Assembly: GCF_006345805.1 (NCBI RefSeq)
Contig: NC_043007.1
Span: 14,260,001 to 14,324,000, forward strand
Direction of reading: 5' to 3'
DNA from: Octopus sinensis
Taxonomy: Eukaryota
DNA: 64,000 nt
Shown here: positions 36,727 through 49,005 of the stretch, piece by piece
Position numbering within the stretch: the stretch's first letter is position 1
Layout: the number at the start of each line of letters is the position of its first letter
Made by a program: the position numbers and the translations under genes
The notes under the pieces: generated by a model
Databases searched by the model: none
Seen by the model: the letters and a program-made list of their open reading frames with translations, nothing else
Told to the model about the DNA's origin: nothing

Positions 36727-38148
36727 AATACATTCGCATTTAAAATTACTGCATTTTTTTTTCTCCTCCAAGTGTGTGGCCATGTGGTTAAGAAGCTTGC
36801 TTCTCATTCGTGTGGTCTTGGGTAAGTATGTTCTCCTATGGCCTTCAGCCAGCCAAAGCCTTGTGAAAAGATTTGGAAGGCAGAAACTGAAAGACATGTA
36901 TCTTTGTATTTGTCCCCCACCACCACCGCCAGTCGACCCCTGTTGGTTTGTTTACATCCTCATAATTTGGCAGTTCAATAAAAAGAGACTAGTAGAATAT
37001 ATACAAGACTTTTGAAGGCGGCGAGCTGGCAGACACGTTAGCGCGTCGGGTGAAATGCTAAGCGGTATTTCGTCTGTCGTTACGTCCTGAGTTCAAATTC
37101 CGCCGAGGTCAACTTTACCTTTCATCCTTTCAGGGTCGATAAATAAAGTACCTGTTTTGCACTGGGGTTGATGTAATCGACTTAATCCCTTTGTCTGTCC
37201 TTGTTTGTCCCCTCTATGTTTAGCCCCTTGTGGGCAATAAAGAAATATATATACAAGACTTTAAAGTAGTTATTGATGGCAGATTTCTTCGACTACACCC
37301 CAAAACAAGTAAAAGATAAACAAAAAATGTGACGAAAAGCATCCATCCCTTTCTTTACTACCCACCCATCCAAAATATCTCTGCTTCCAACATTGGTTGT
37401 TACGAGGTTATTAAAAGAAAGAAAAACAACCCAAAATTTTAATTACTTTTCCCTAACCTCAAATTTACTTTTACCTTTTTTTCATTTTTATTTTAGTTTG
37501 TGTGTAGGTGAGGTGGGGGACACTGAACAAACATGGAGATTATAAAGAAAGACTTCCGCCCGTCCCCCATTTTCTCCCAAATTTGTTTATTATTATTATT
37601 ATTATTATTTTTTTTTTTTTTTTGGGGGCCAAAAGCCTCCGTTTTCAGATATGGAGGTTCCGGAAAATTACCTAAAATCGACATTGTGAAATTCCCCACC
37701 CAACATTCTTCAATTTTGACTTTTTCCCCCCCACAACACTAACCCTAACCGTAACTACAGAAATGTTTTGAAATTTTTGTCTGAATCATATTTTTCCGCA
37801 TATTTAGAAAAAGAAAAAAAATTCTTAAAAAAATATTTTATAAAAACTTTTGGAAATTTTTTCAGAATCATAATGTCCGGATTTTTCCGCATATTTTGAA
37901 AAAAAAACAAAATTTCTGAAAAAAGTTTTTTAAAATGAAGGAAATGGGGGGGGGGGGGGTTAAAATGCCGATTTTTGCAAATTTTTTGCAGATTCGTATT
38001 CCCCTTAGCCGAAAAGTGGGGTTTGTGTCGGGAAAAAAAAATTGAAAAAAAAAAAAGGGTGTTTTTTTTTGGCGGGGACGGTCGGAAGTCTTGCCGATTA
38101 GAATACTCTTTTACTCTGAGACCCGAGGGTCATGCTGGAGTATTGCCG

Positions 38149-38180
<32 letters not shown>

Positions 38181-38449
38181 AATGTTTTCAAAATTTCCAT
38201 GTCGATCGTCTTAAGACGATTTTCCATTTTCAATTTGTGATCATAAATCGAAAATGGCACCCAGTTTTTAAATAGATTAAAATTACACACAGCAGACAGG
38301 TACTGATATGCTCTGACTCCTAGTCTCCACTAATAGCCTACCTGATATGGAGGTTTGGCACTTTGTCTCAAGTTTCTTCATGCTTTTATTTTCAGTTGTG
38401 GGCAAATGTGAAGAACCGTGCCACCTTCAAAACGGAATATATAAAAATA

Positions 38450-38845
38450 CTAGTAGTATAGCCCAGCGTTGCTCGGGTTTGTTTTATTTTCGACCCTTTA
38501 AAATCGGAATTCTTGAAAAGTAAAAATTTTGCATTATGTAGCTTATTATTCTCTTTGAGTGAACATTTTTCTGGTTGAAATGCACCGAAAAATGGCGACA
38601 CAGCAGTCAAAAAATCGTAAAAAATAGGGATTTTCATAGAAAAAAAGCACCTTCTTGATGTAAATAATTTCTGGTGTTAACATGGTCCGATTTGAATTTT
38701 TTTTCTTCTACGGAAGGAAGAGCAAGCCGTCTTATATCATACTCTCAATTTTGGTCAACTTGCGCCGCAGGGTCTCGGAGGAGATAGTGTTAGTTGAAGG
38801 CTACCAAATGCCATACACAGACAACTTCAGCTTTATATATAAAGA
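38450..38845 (-). mobile_element. Non-autonomous Helitron, second subfamily
   Basis: A|TCtttatatataaag…cccgagcaacgctgggctatactaCTAG|T on the minus strand. Confidence 0.75.
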
Positions 38846-39518
38846 TTATGAACAGAGGTGTTGAATAAATCTGTCTTGATATTGCCGAATAGTGTCAATA
38901 TTTCCATTTTCAGTTGTGACCAACAAGCCAAAGGAATGCCGACTGAACCGTTTGCATTAATAAGGTTTAGAATCAACAAGTCAGAAGGTTTGATAGTGTT
39001 AGCTAAACTGAATAAATACATAGGAACCAGCCCTGCTTGGAAATACTGTTTGCATTTACTATCAGCAATATTTACTACCATCAACCACAGCCTCCTGACA
39101 TCATCAGTCTCGAAGTCTGGTGTTTCACTTAAGAGTACATACACTGCACTTGTCAGAAATATTTAGATGCCCGTCATTATAAAGAAGAATTTTGTCTTAA
39201 CCATATATAGAGTGAAAAAAAAATGAAGAAGAGAAAATGAATTAACAAAAAAAAAGTTAGAAAAAGAGGACATCAGAAACTTTGGAATCACCAGAACATA
39301 TATAGACAGTTCTTATGAAAAGTATGTGAAGAAAGAAAGAATCCAAATTAGGAAAAAAAAAAAGCACAAATAATTTGATGGAATTTCGGGCAACTTTTCA
39401 AACACAAATATCTTTCGTTTCGTTTCCTCACTTAAGCAAAAAAAGCAAAGTCGTAAAATTTACTACAGGGGTGTGTAAAAGAAACGAGTTCCCTTTTAGA
39501 AGTTATGCAATTAATGTC

Positions 39519-39913
39519 AGGTATACCTATAGAACAGAGTCGTAAATCATCTAGCGCGCCAAAAACTGTTATTTCTTCGGATTTGTATATTTTAAGCATC
39601 GTAGATTATGAATCTTTAATCTATCTTTATTTTTTAGCAAGAGAGACCATTTACTGGCATTTTTCTGTAACTGTTCAGTTTTGGCTATTTTTTCATATTT
39701 CAGATTTATGTTTTAAGCATGAGATGATTCTTCAAAATTATGCTTTACATATATCTGAAAACAGAAAACATTTACAGAAAAGGGGGTGTGATCCAAAACA
39801 TCACCCCCTTTTTGTAGATTCGTAAAATCTAAGATGCTTACAATATACGAATCCAAAGAATTTACGGTTTTGGCGCACTAAATCATTTCCGACTCTATTC
39901 TACAGGAATACCT
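39519..39913. mobile_element. MITE-like element with ~95-bp imperfect terminal inverted repeats
   Basis: aggtatacctatagaacagagtcgtaaatcatctagcgcgccaaaa… versus …ttttggcgcactaaatcatttccgactctattctacaggaatacct. Also an internal perfect hairpin aaaagggggtg/cacccccttttt. Confidence 0.6.
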
Positions 39914-41770
39914 AACGTGGTACCGTTAATGAAGATGGAGAGGGAGAGAGACAGAGAGCGAGTATCAACTGCAATAAAATTTTGTCGACTTTAAGATATG
40001 TAAAATATGAAGGGGGAAAAAAATATCTTAGAGAAAGGCAGCAATATTGGAAGAGTAATAAATAAGAAAATGGAAAATAATCCACTCAGAAAGATTAGAG
40101 AAAAACTACTTACCAATAAAGTAATATTTTTTGAAAGAGAAGCAAGATATTAAAAGACTTCTGGTAAACTTTGAGAGTAAAAAGTTATGGTGTGATGTGA
40201 AGAAGAAGTTGGTTGAATAAGAGGCGACGTAATAAGCCAGCATCCAATGACTAAGTAGTAGAGAAATTAGCTTGGTTGTTGGCAGAATGTCTTAGGATGA
40301 TGTATCCCTCTAGCTAGAAATATACTCTGTGTGTATTTTCATTTAACGATTTGCTTATAACCCACAAGATGGCCTAACGTTAATGAGATAGGCCTTCGTT
40401 TAAGAGGTTCCAACCAATAATGTAAACAATTAGGTAGTTTACCTGCGTGTATATATGTGTGTATACGCACGTGTTTGAGTGCAATGTTTTTCTTCGAAGT
40501 TTCTTAAACTATAGTGATGTTTTGAATGGTGGGAGAGAGGTAAAGAAGAAAAAAAAAAACTGAGAGATGGGCGAGGAGAAAATGAGGCGGAGAAGGAATG
40601 GGACGAAGGCCAGAAAAAGGAAGAGAAAATGGTCGAGAGTTTGTAGAATAGATAGAGAAAGAAAATGAGGAATGAGAGACTTAGTGAGAGTCAAAAAGCA
40701 AGAACACGGTTGGGAACAATGTTACCAAATACGATGTTACTGTTTTTTATTTTGAGAGTTTAGTGTCATCGTATACATGTACAGGCTGGATGATACATGT
40801 TTGTGTGTGTGTATGTATATATAGATATATACACACACATATACATACACAGATTTTTAGCTTATTGTATACAGTGCTCAGGTACGCTACAACGTTATGT
40901 AAGTATGTGTGAGTGTGCGATATACACATATACTTACACACATAGCATAAACGTACATAATTCCCTTCACACACATACACTTGCCTATAAATATATAATC
41001 ATCTACACATACATCTACTCATCCATCCATTCATAGATACATATACAAGGTAATCTAGGAGTTTAATGTACCGTTTTCGCTTTTCGTAAAAATAGTTTTC
41101 GCTTTACCTTCGGAAACTTTTAGCGTGTATTTTGTTAGCTTTCACTTATAATAGTGTTTTGATCGACTTATGGTACATATGAACCCGGTAGTGGCCAAGC
41201 ACTAACCAAAAATTCTCCGTGTTAGGACGAGAAGAGACATGGGACAGAGAGTCGCAGATGATGTCACAGAATGTGTGACGAACAAACTTTGACAGATGTA
41301 TAAACTAGAAATAAAATGAATAAAAATCAATGTAAAGATAAATAAAATGAGTGCGTGTGTTTAACTCTCTTTTACTTGTTTAGTCATTTTTTGCCGAACC
41401 GATAAGTTACGAGGAAGAAATATGTCAAGACATTCACACACACACACACACATCATCATCATCATCATTTAACGTCCGTTTTCCATGCTAGCATGGGTTG
41501 GACGGTTCGACTGGAGTCTGGGAAGCCAGAAGACTGCACCAGGCTCCAGTCTGATCTGGCAGTATTTCTACAGCTGGATGCCCTTCCTAATATATCATCA
41601 TCATCATCATCGTTTAACGTCCGTTTTCCGCGCTAGCACGGGTCGGACGGTTCGACTGGGGTCTGGGAAGCCAGGGGCTGCACCAGGCTCCAGTCTGATC
41701 TGGCAGTGTTTCTACGGCTGGATGCCCTTCCTAACGCCAACCACTCCGTGAGTGTATATATACATATACA

Positions 41771-41818
<48 letters not shown>

Positions 41819-42469
41819 ATACTATTGTTCATTAGCAGACCAGGTAAAATACTTAAAGGCATTTTGTCTGTCTTTATGTTCTGAGCTCAAATCCCATCAA
41901 GATCGAATTTGCCTTTTATCCTTTCAGGTTTGATAAAATGAGGAGCAGTTAAGCACTGGAGTTGACTAACACACAACTGCAAAATTGCTGGCCTTGTGCC
42001 AAAATTTGAAACCTTTATTATTGTTGCTGTTAAGGCGGTGAGCTGGCAGAAACGTTAGCACGCTGGGTGAACTTCTTAGCTGTATTTCGTCTGCCATTAC
42101 ATTCTGAGTTCAAATTTCGCCGAGGTCGACTTTGCCTTTCATCCTTTCAGGGTCGATAAGTTAAGTACCAGTTACGCACTAGGGTCGATGTAATCGACTT
42201 AATCCGTTTGTCCTTGTTTGTCCCCTCTGGGTTTAGCCCCTTGTGGGTAGTAAAGAAATAGATATTTCAGCCGTCACATTGTTCTGAGTTCAAATTTCGC
42301 CAGGGTCATCTTTGCCTTTCATCCTTTCGGGGCTGACAAATTAAGTACCAGTGAAACACTGGGGTCGATGTAATCGACTAGTCCCCTGCCCCAAAATTTC
42401 AGGCCTTGTGCCTATAGTAGAAAGGATTATTGTTGTTGTTGTGTTGTTGTTGTCATTGCAGTAGTAATT

Positions 42470-43030
42470 ACTTTTGTACTTCCACTTTAATATCATCAAG
42501 GACCAGGGCCAAAACAGGGGCCCGAGACCCTGTTGGAAAGACGTCACTTGATTAGCAGCACTCTCTGTAGCAGGGAAGCTGTTCGAAGCAGTGCGATCTT
42601 CTGGAATGCATAAATATTGATATTGCCCTGGTTATAGTTCATGAACATTTTCATTCCATTCATCATGAGCCCTAAGTCTTCCACTAACCATTAGTATGGC
42701 TTCAGTCTTCATATTCTACATCCTGGTGATTCCAATTTGCAGCTTATCTGTGACTTTCATGAAAGTATTTCTTTCAGAAAGAATTTCAACATCAATAAAT
42801 ACGCACCTCTTGTTCCTGTCCTTAATAACAATATCGGGTTTATTATCCATCAGTATATTTCTGGCCATATGCCAGAAGATGGTACTGACCTCATTATTAT
42901 CGGCAATCCTGTCTGGCTCACGTTCATACCAATTCTCAGTTGTCTTGATTTTATATTTCCTGCATATCTTCCAGTGTAGTTACACCAATACCTTGTTATA
43001 ATTGTGGACGTATTCAAATTTTTGTAGTTC
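42470..43030 (-). mobile_element. Decayed 3' end of an R4/Dong-like non-LTR retrotransposon (restriction-like endonuclease domain)
   Basis: Manual minus-strand translation gives LHWKICRKYKIKTTENWYEREP…NKPDIVIKDRNKRCVFIDV…MKTE…QKIALLRTASLLQRVLLIK*, the PD-x(12-14)-D REL pattern, with stops and frameshifts. Confidence 0.7.
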
Positions 43031-43723
43031 CAGGCATCTTTGTAAGCCTAGTACTTGTTCTATCGGTCTTTTTTGCCAAACGACTAAGTTACAGGCATGT
43101 AAACACACCAACATTGGTTGTCAAGTGATGGTGGGGGAACAAACACAGATACACAAACATATATATATAGGCGCGGGCATGGCTGTGTGGTTAGGGAGCT
43201 TGCTTCCTAGCTACATGGTTTCGGGTTCAGTCCCACTGCGTGGTACTTTGGGTAGGTGTCTTCTACTATAGCCCCGGGCCGACCGAAGCTTTGTGATTGA
43301 ATTCGGCAGGCGGAAGTTACTGCCGTGTGTGTACATGTGCGTGTAGGTGCTTGTGCCTCTCCGAAAGAGAGAGAGGGATATATATATATATATATATATA
43401 TAATACAAATAAGAAAATGGAGAAACAAATTTAGTTTGTTCATAAACTTACCGATATTATAATGTTGGATTATTTATTCATTTTACAAATGAGGACATCA
43501 AAAGCACACAAAATATTATATAAATCAATAGATAAGATAATAATACAAATACAGATTTTAAAAGTCATATAAATTATTGAAATCCAGAAATTACTTCTTA
43601 CAGCTGTTTCAGCCTATGGTCAAAAGTGAATCTAATTTTCATTGCCTATAGATGTCAACATGCTAGGGTTGTAGGCATTTAAAAAAATATAATACTTATA
43701 TGTTAAAAGAACCATAGGCCTTG

Positions 43724-43778
<55 letters not shown>

Positions 43779-43792
43779 ATATATATATACAA

Positions 43793-46220
43793 CGGACTTC
43801 TTTCAGTTTCTGTGTACCAAATCCACTCACAAGGCTTTGGTTGGCCCAAGGCTATAGTAGAAGACACTTGCCCAAGGTGCTACACAGTGGGACTGAACTC
43901 GGAACCATGTGGTTGGTAAGCAAGTTACTTACCACACAGCCATTCCTCAGAGTAGACTATATTCAAGCGTAACTTACTTAATTTGTCGACCCCAAAAGGA
44001 TGAAAGGCAAAGTTGACCCTCGCGGAATTTGAACTCAGAACATAGTGACAGGTGAAATACCGCCAAGCAGTTTGTCCAGCGTGCTAACAGTTCTGCCAGC
44101 TCACCGCCTTAACAACAACAATAATAATGGTTTCAAATTTTGGCACAAGGCCAGCAATTTTGTGGGTGTGTGTTAGCCAACACCAGTACTTAACTGCTCC
44201 TCTGATGTGGTTGATGGTTTCTTCATATTTCTTCATATTTCATAGCCCACTCCAATTTATAGATCACCAAGCTGTAACAGAGGAGCTTAACCCTTTTGTT
44301 ACCGTATATATTTTGAGATGCTCTGTGTTTCTTTCATTAATTTTGAATAAAACAAAGAATTTAGTAAAATAACTTAGTTATCATTAAGCTAGTGTTAGGA
44401 ACATTAATTGTGACTAAAGTTTTGGTGGGAGATTTTAATTCAGAACTTTTGAAAACAAGACATTTGTACTACAGAGCCAGAGGCGGTTTCAGCCGGGTTG
44501 GTACCAAAAGGGTTAGGGCAGCAAGCTGGCAGAAACGTTAGTACGCCGGGCGAAATGCTTAGTGGTATTTAGTCTGCCGCTACGTTCTCAGTTCAAATTC
44601 TGCCGAGGTCGACTTTGCCTTTCATCCTTTTGGGGTCGATAAATTAAGTACCAGTTACGCACTGGGGTCGATATAATCGACTTAAGCCATTTGTCTGTCC
44701 TTGTTTGTCCCCTCTGTGTTTAGCCCCTTGTGGGTAATAAAGAAATAGGTATCAAAAGAGTTAAGACTGGTTGTCAGTGATAATACTAATAAACTAATAG
44801 GCGCAGGAGTGGCTGTGTGGTAAGTAGCTTGTTTACCAACCACATGGTTCCGGGTTCAGTCCCACTGTGTGGCACCTTGGGCAAGTGTCTTCTACTATAG
44901 CCTTGGGCCAACCAAAGCCTTGTGAGTGGATTTGGTAGACGGAAACTGAAAAGAAACCCATCATATATATGTATATATATATGCGTTTGTGTGTCTGTGT
45001 TTGTCCCCCTAGCATTGCTTGACAACCGATGCTGGTGTGTTTATGTCCCCGTTACTTAGCGGTTCAGAAAAACAGACCGATAGAATAAGTACTGGGCTTA
45101 CAAAAAGAATAAGTCCCGGGGTCGAGTTGCTCGATTAAAGGCGGTGCTCCAGCATGGCCACAGTCAAATGACTGAAACAAGTAAAAGAAAAAAAAAAAAA
45201 AACTGACAACTTGGTCGTTATAGCAAGGACTGTATGTGACTTAGAGAAATTCCAGACATGGAAACAAAACAGAGAATCAAGAGGTCTCAGAGCAAACTAT
45301 TAATAAGTGATTTTACTGGACACATTCAGTTATGCATACACACACACACATATAACTATGTGTGCATGTGTGTTTGAGCGAGTGAATTCATATATTTCCC
45401 TATATCTTCACTTGTGTCCTCTGACTGTAAACAAAACCTCACTGTTTACACAAATGGTTTACTTTCTTTGCAAGTCCACTGCAAAAGCATGCCCAACCTT
45501 CCTGACAGGTATTGACATACACTCTCTCTCTCTCTCTCTCTTTCTCTTTTACTCTTTTACTTGTTCCAGTCTTCTGACTGCAGCTATGCTGGAGCACCAC
45601 CTTTAGTCGAGCAAATCGACCCCAGGACTTATTCTTTGCAAACCTAGTACTTATTCTATCGGTCTCTTTTGCTGAACCGCTAAGTTACAGGAATGTAAAC
45701 ACACCAGCATCGGTTGTCAAGCGATGTTGGGGGGGGACAAACACAGACACACAAACATATATACATACATATATACACACACATACACATATATATATAT
45801 ATATATGACGGACTTCTTTCAGTTTCTGTCTACCAAATCCACTAGCAAGGCTTTGGTTGGCCCAAGGCTATAGTAGAAGACCCTTGCCCAAGGTGCTACA
45901 CAGTGGGACTGAACTCGGAACCATGTAGTTGGTAAGCAAGTTACTTACCACACAGCCATTCCTCAGAGGAGACTATATTCAAGCGTAACTTACTTAATTT
46001 GTCGACCCCAAAAGGATGAAAGGCAAAGTTGACCCTCGCGGAATTTGAACTCAGAACATAGTGACAGGTGAAATACCGCCAAGCAGTTTGTCCAGCGTGC
46101 TAACAATTCTGCCTGCTCACCGCCTTAACAGCAACAATAATAAAGGTTTCAAATTTTGGCGCAAGGCCAGCAATTTTGTGGGTGTTTGTTAGTCAACACC
46201 AGTACTTAACTGCTCCTCTG
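43793..46220 (+). repeat. 412-bp direct duplication (43793-44204 and 45809-46220)
   Basis: Both copies contain the same CORE-SINE piece, unique junction and Meta-SINE piece, with only scattered substitutions. Confidence 0.85.
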
Positions 46221-48600
46221 GTGCAGCCATCTGGTTCGCCAGACCTCAGTCAAATCGTCCAACCCATGCTACCATGGAAAGCGGACGTTAAACGATGATG
46301 ATGATGATGATGATGAAGCATGTGCTTAGAGCATCAAGTAAAGGAGGGGGCACCACAGAAATAGTAAATGGTCTACAGCACAAAAGAAATCACTTAAAAC
46401 TTGCTACAATAATATTAGAAGAGGTTCATATGATGGGAATATAAGTTCAAAGTGTTTGTGGCGTCATAGTGAGGATCTGATTAAAGAAAAAAGTAGGGGA
46501 AAACTTCACCATTAGTTTTGTTTTGTTTTGAAAAATTAAAATTTATTTTATGAATTATTATTGTTTATATTTTGAATTATATAGGTGCAGGAGTGGCTGT
46601 GTGGTAAGTAGCTCGTTTACCAACCACATGGTTCCGGGTTCAGTCCCACTGCGTGGCACCTTGGGTAAGCGTCTTCTACTATAGCCTCGGGCCGACCAAA
46701 GCCTCGGGAGTGGATTTGGTAGACGGAAACTGAAAGAAGCCCGTCGTATATATGTATATATTATATATATGTGTGTGTGTGTGTGTGTGCGCGTGCGTGT
46801 TTGTCCCCTAGCATTGCTTGACAACCGATGCTGGTGTGTTTACGTCGCCGTCACTTAGCGGTTCGGCAAAAGAAACCTATAGAATAAGTACTGGGCTTAC
46901 AATGAATAAGTCCCGGGGTTGAGTTGCTCGACTAAAGGCGGTGCTCCAGCATGGCCGCAGTCAAATGACTGAAACAAGTAAAAGAGTAAAGAGAGATATA
47001 TGGAGGCACCAAAATATCTTAAGTCCTTAGGGCCTTTATGGTTCTTAATCCAGCCCTGGGTGTCATGCCCTCAACAACCTAAAGAATCCCTCACAAACTC
47101 ACACTTTACAGGGTGCACTGGGTGCAGTTTTGGGGACGACAGTACTGGAAAAGTAGCCTTGTCTTAATTGCAACTAAAGGAACCACAACATCTGCTTGCC
47201 TGTTTGTTTCTTTACAGAGTGAGAAGCATGAATAATGGAGACATGAGAGAGAGTGATGAGAGTGAAATATGATAGTGGGATGTGTAATAAGAACAATAAT
47301 TATTCTGAAACAGTTATGCAGAACTGGTATTAAGCCAATTAGATAGATTTCTCCAAATTGGGACCCGTGCCAAGAGAGGGGCCCCATGCACATACTCAAT
47401 TGGAGGATGCTGTGATGAATTTTTAGTATATCATTGTGGTTAATAGTGGAGCCTCAAGCCCTTAACCCTTTTGTTACCAACCCAGCTGAAACTGGCTCTG
47501 GCTCTTTAGTATAAATGTCTTGTTTTCATAAGTTTTGAATTAAAATCTTCCACTAAACCTTGGTCACAATTTATGTTCCTAACACTAGCTTAATGATAAC
47601 GATGTTATTTTACTAAATTCTTTGTTATATTTAAAATAATTGGAAAAAACACAGAGCATCTCAAAATAAATACGGTAACGAAAGGGTTAATGCTTTTTGG
47701 CTGAGACTGGCATACTAAACAAAGCATAAAACATTAATATTCAGCTTTTATAAAGTAGAGGCCCCATTGACAATTCTCTAATTGGGCCTTGCACTTCCTA
47801 GCACCAGCTATGAAAATATTCAAGGTGGTAAGACAGAGATGACAGCAATGTATGTACAATGACAGAGTCCCACAATGTATGGAAGAAAAGAAATAAGAGT
47901 ATGCTGGCAGAGTGACTTGGGAAGCTGACAAGAAATACCTGAGTAGAAGGTGAAGGGGTAGACAGAAATAGATACAAGTGATCGACTGTAGCCAGTTTCA
48001 CACAGGTAATGAGATGGTCCAGAATGTTTGAGTGATGAGTGTTGTGGCATAGCAAATGAAATGCAGGTGTCTCCTGTACCAGAGAACTTCAAAAAGCCAT
48101 GATCGGGAGAAGATCAGAATAGGTGCAGAAGCAGCCTGACAGAAGGCAATATATGGTGAACAGAAGAAAGCCACTGTGAGCTTCATTTGCACTGACACAG
48201 AGTACAGTGAGAGCTGAGAAGAAAGTGGAGCGACTGAGGGGCGAGCAATGGGTATACTCTTTTACTTGTTTCAGTCATTTGACTGTGGCCATGTTGGAGC
48301 ACTGCCTTTAGTCGAGCAGATCGACCCCAGGACTTATTCTTTGTAAGCCTAGTACTTATTCTATCGGTATCTTTTGCCGAACCGCTAAGTTACGGGGACG
48401 TAAAACACCCCGCATCGGTTGTCAAGCGATGTTGGGAGACAAACACAGACACACAAAAATATACACACATAATTATATATATGTGTGATATATATAATAT
48501 GTGTGTGTATATATATGTATATTATATATGTGGTGTGTATATATATGGTGTGTGGATATATATATGTATAATAATGTGTGTAAATATATATGTATATATA

Positions 48601-48970
48601 ACGGGAAGCTTTATGAAAAATAAAACAAAAGACGAAGGCAGGTGGAAAACAAACGAACAATTGTATTAGTATGGCGCTCAGGAAATATAAATAAAACAAG
48701 TCTTTAACGTTTCGAGCCTACGCTCTTCAACAGAAAGATACACAGAGAGAGAAAAACACAGAAAGAAGGAGAGAAAAAAATGCGTGCAGTAGCTAACGAA
48801 TCAACATGGCGATCTGATTTCAGCCAGAGGTCAAAGATCAAACATGAGACGCGAGAGCGAAATAAGGGGAGATAATAGGGTTGATAAAAGGGTTGAGGGA
48901 CCAGCTAATAGTGCGTAGGAGGGGTCTGCATGTGTGTATGTATAGGGTTGGTGTATGTATTAGTATGTAT

Positions 48971-49005
<35 letters not shown>

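Noticed and set aside
43590-43650. Hammerhead-like GAAACAGCUGUAAG on the minus strand
   Set aside because: No CUGANGA-like core or stem II upstream; at most a decayed PLE terminus.
47700-48240. Cluster of minus-strand ORFs possibly from a LINE endonuclease
   Set aside because: Only vague resemblance to APE motifs and no diagnostic residues recognised; left unassigned.
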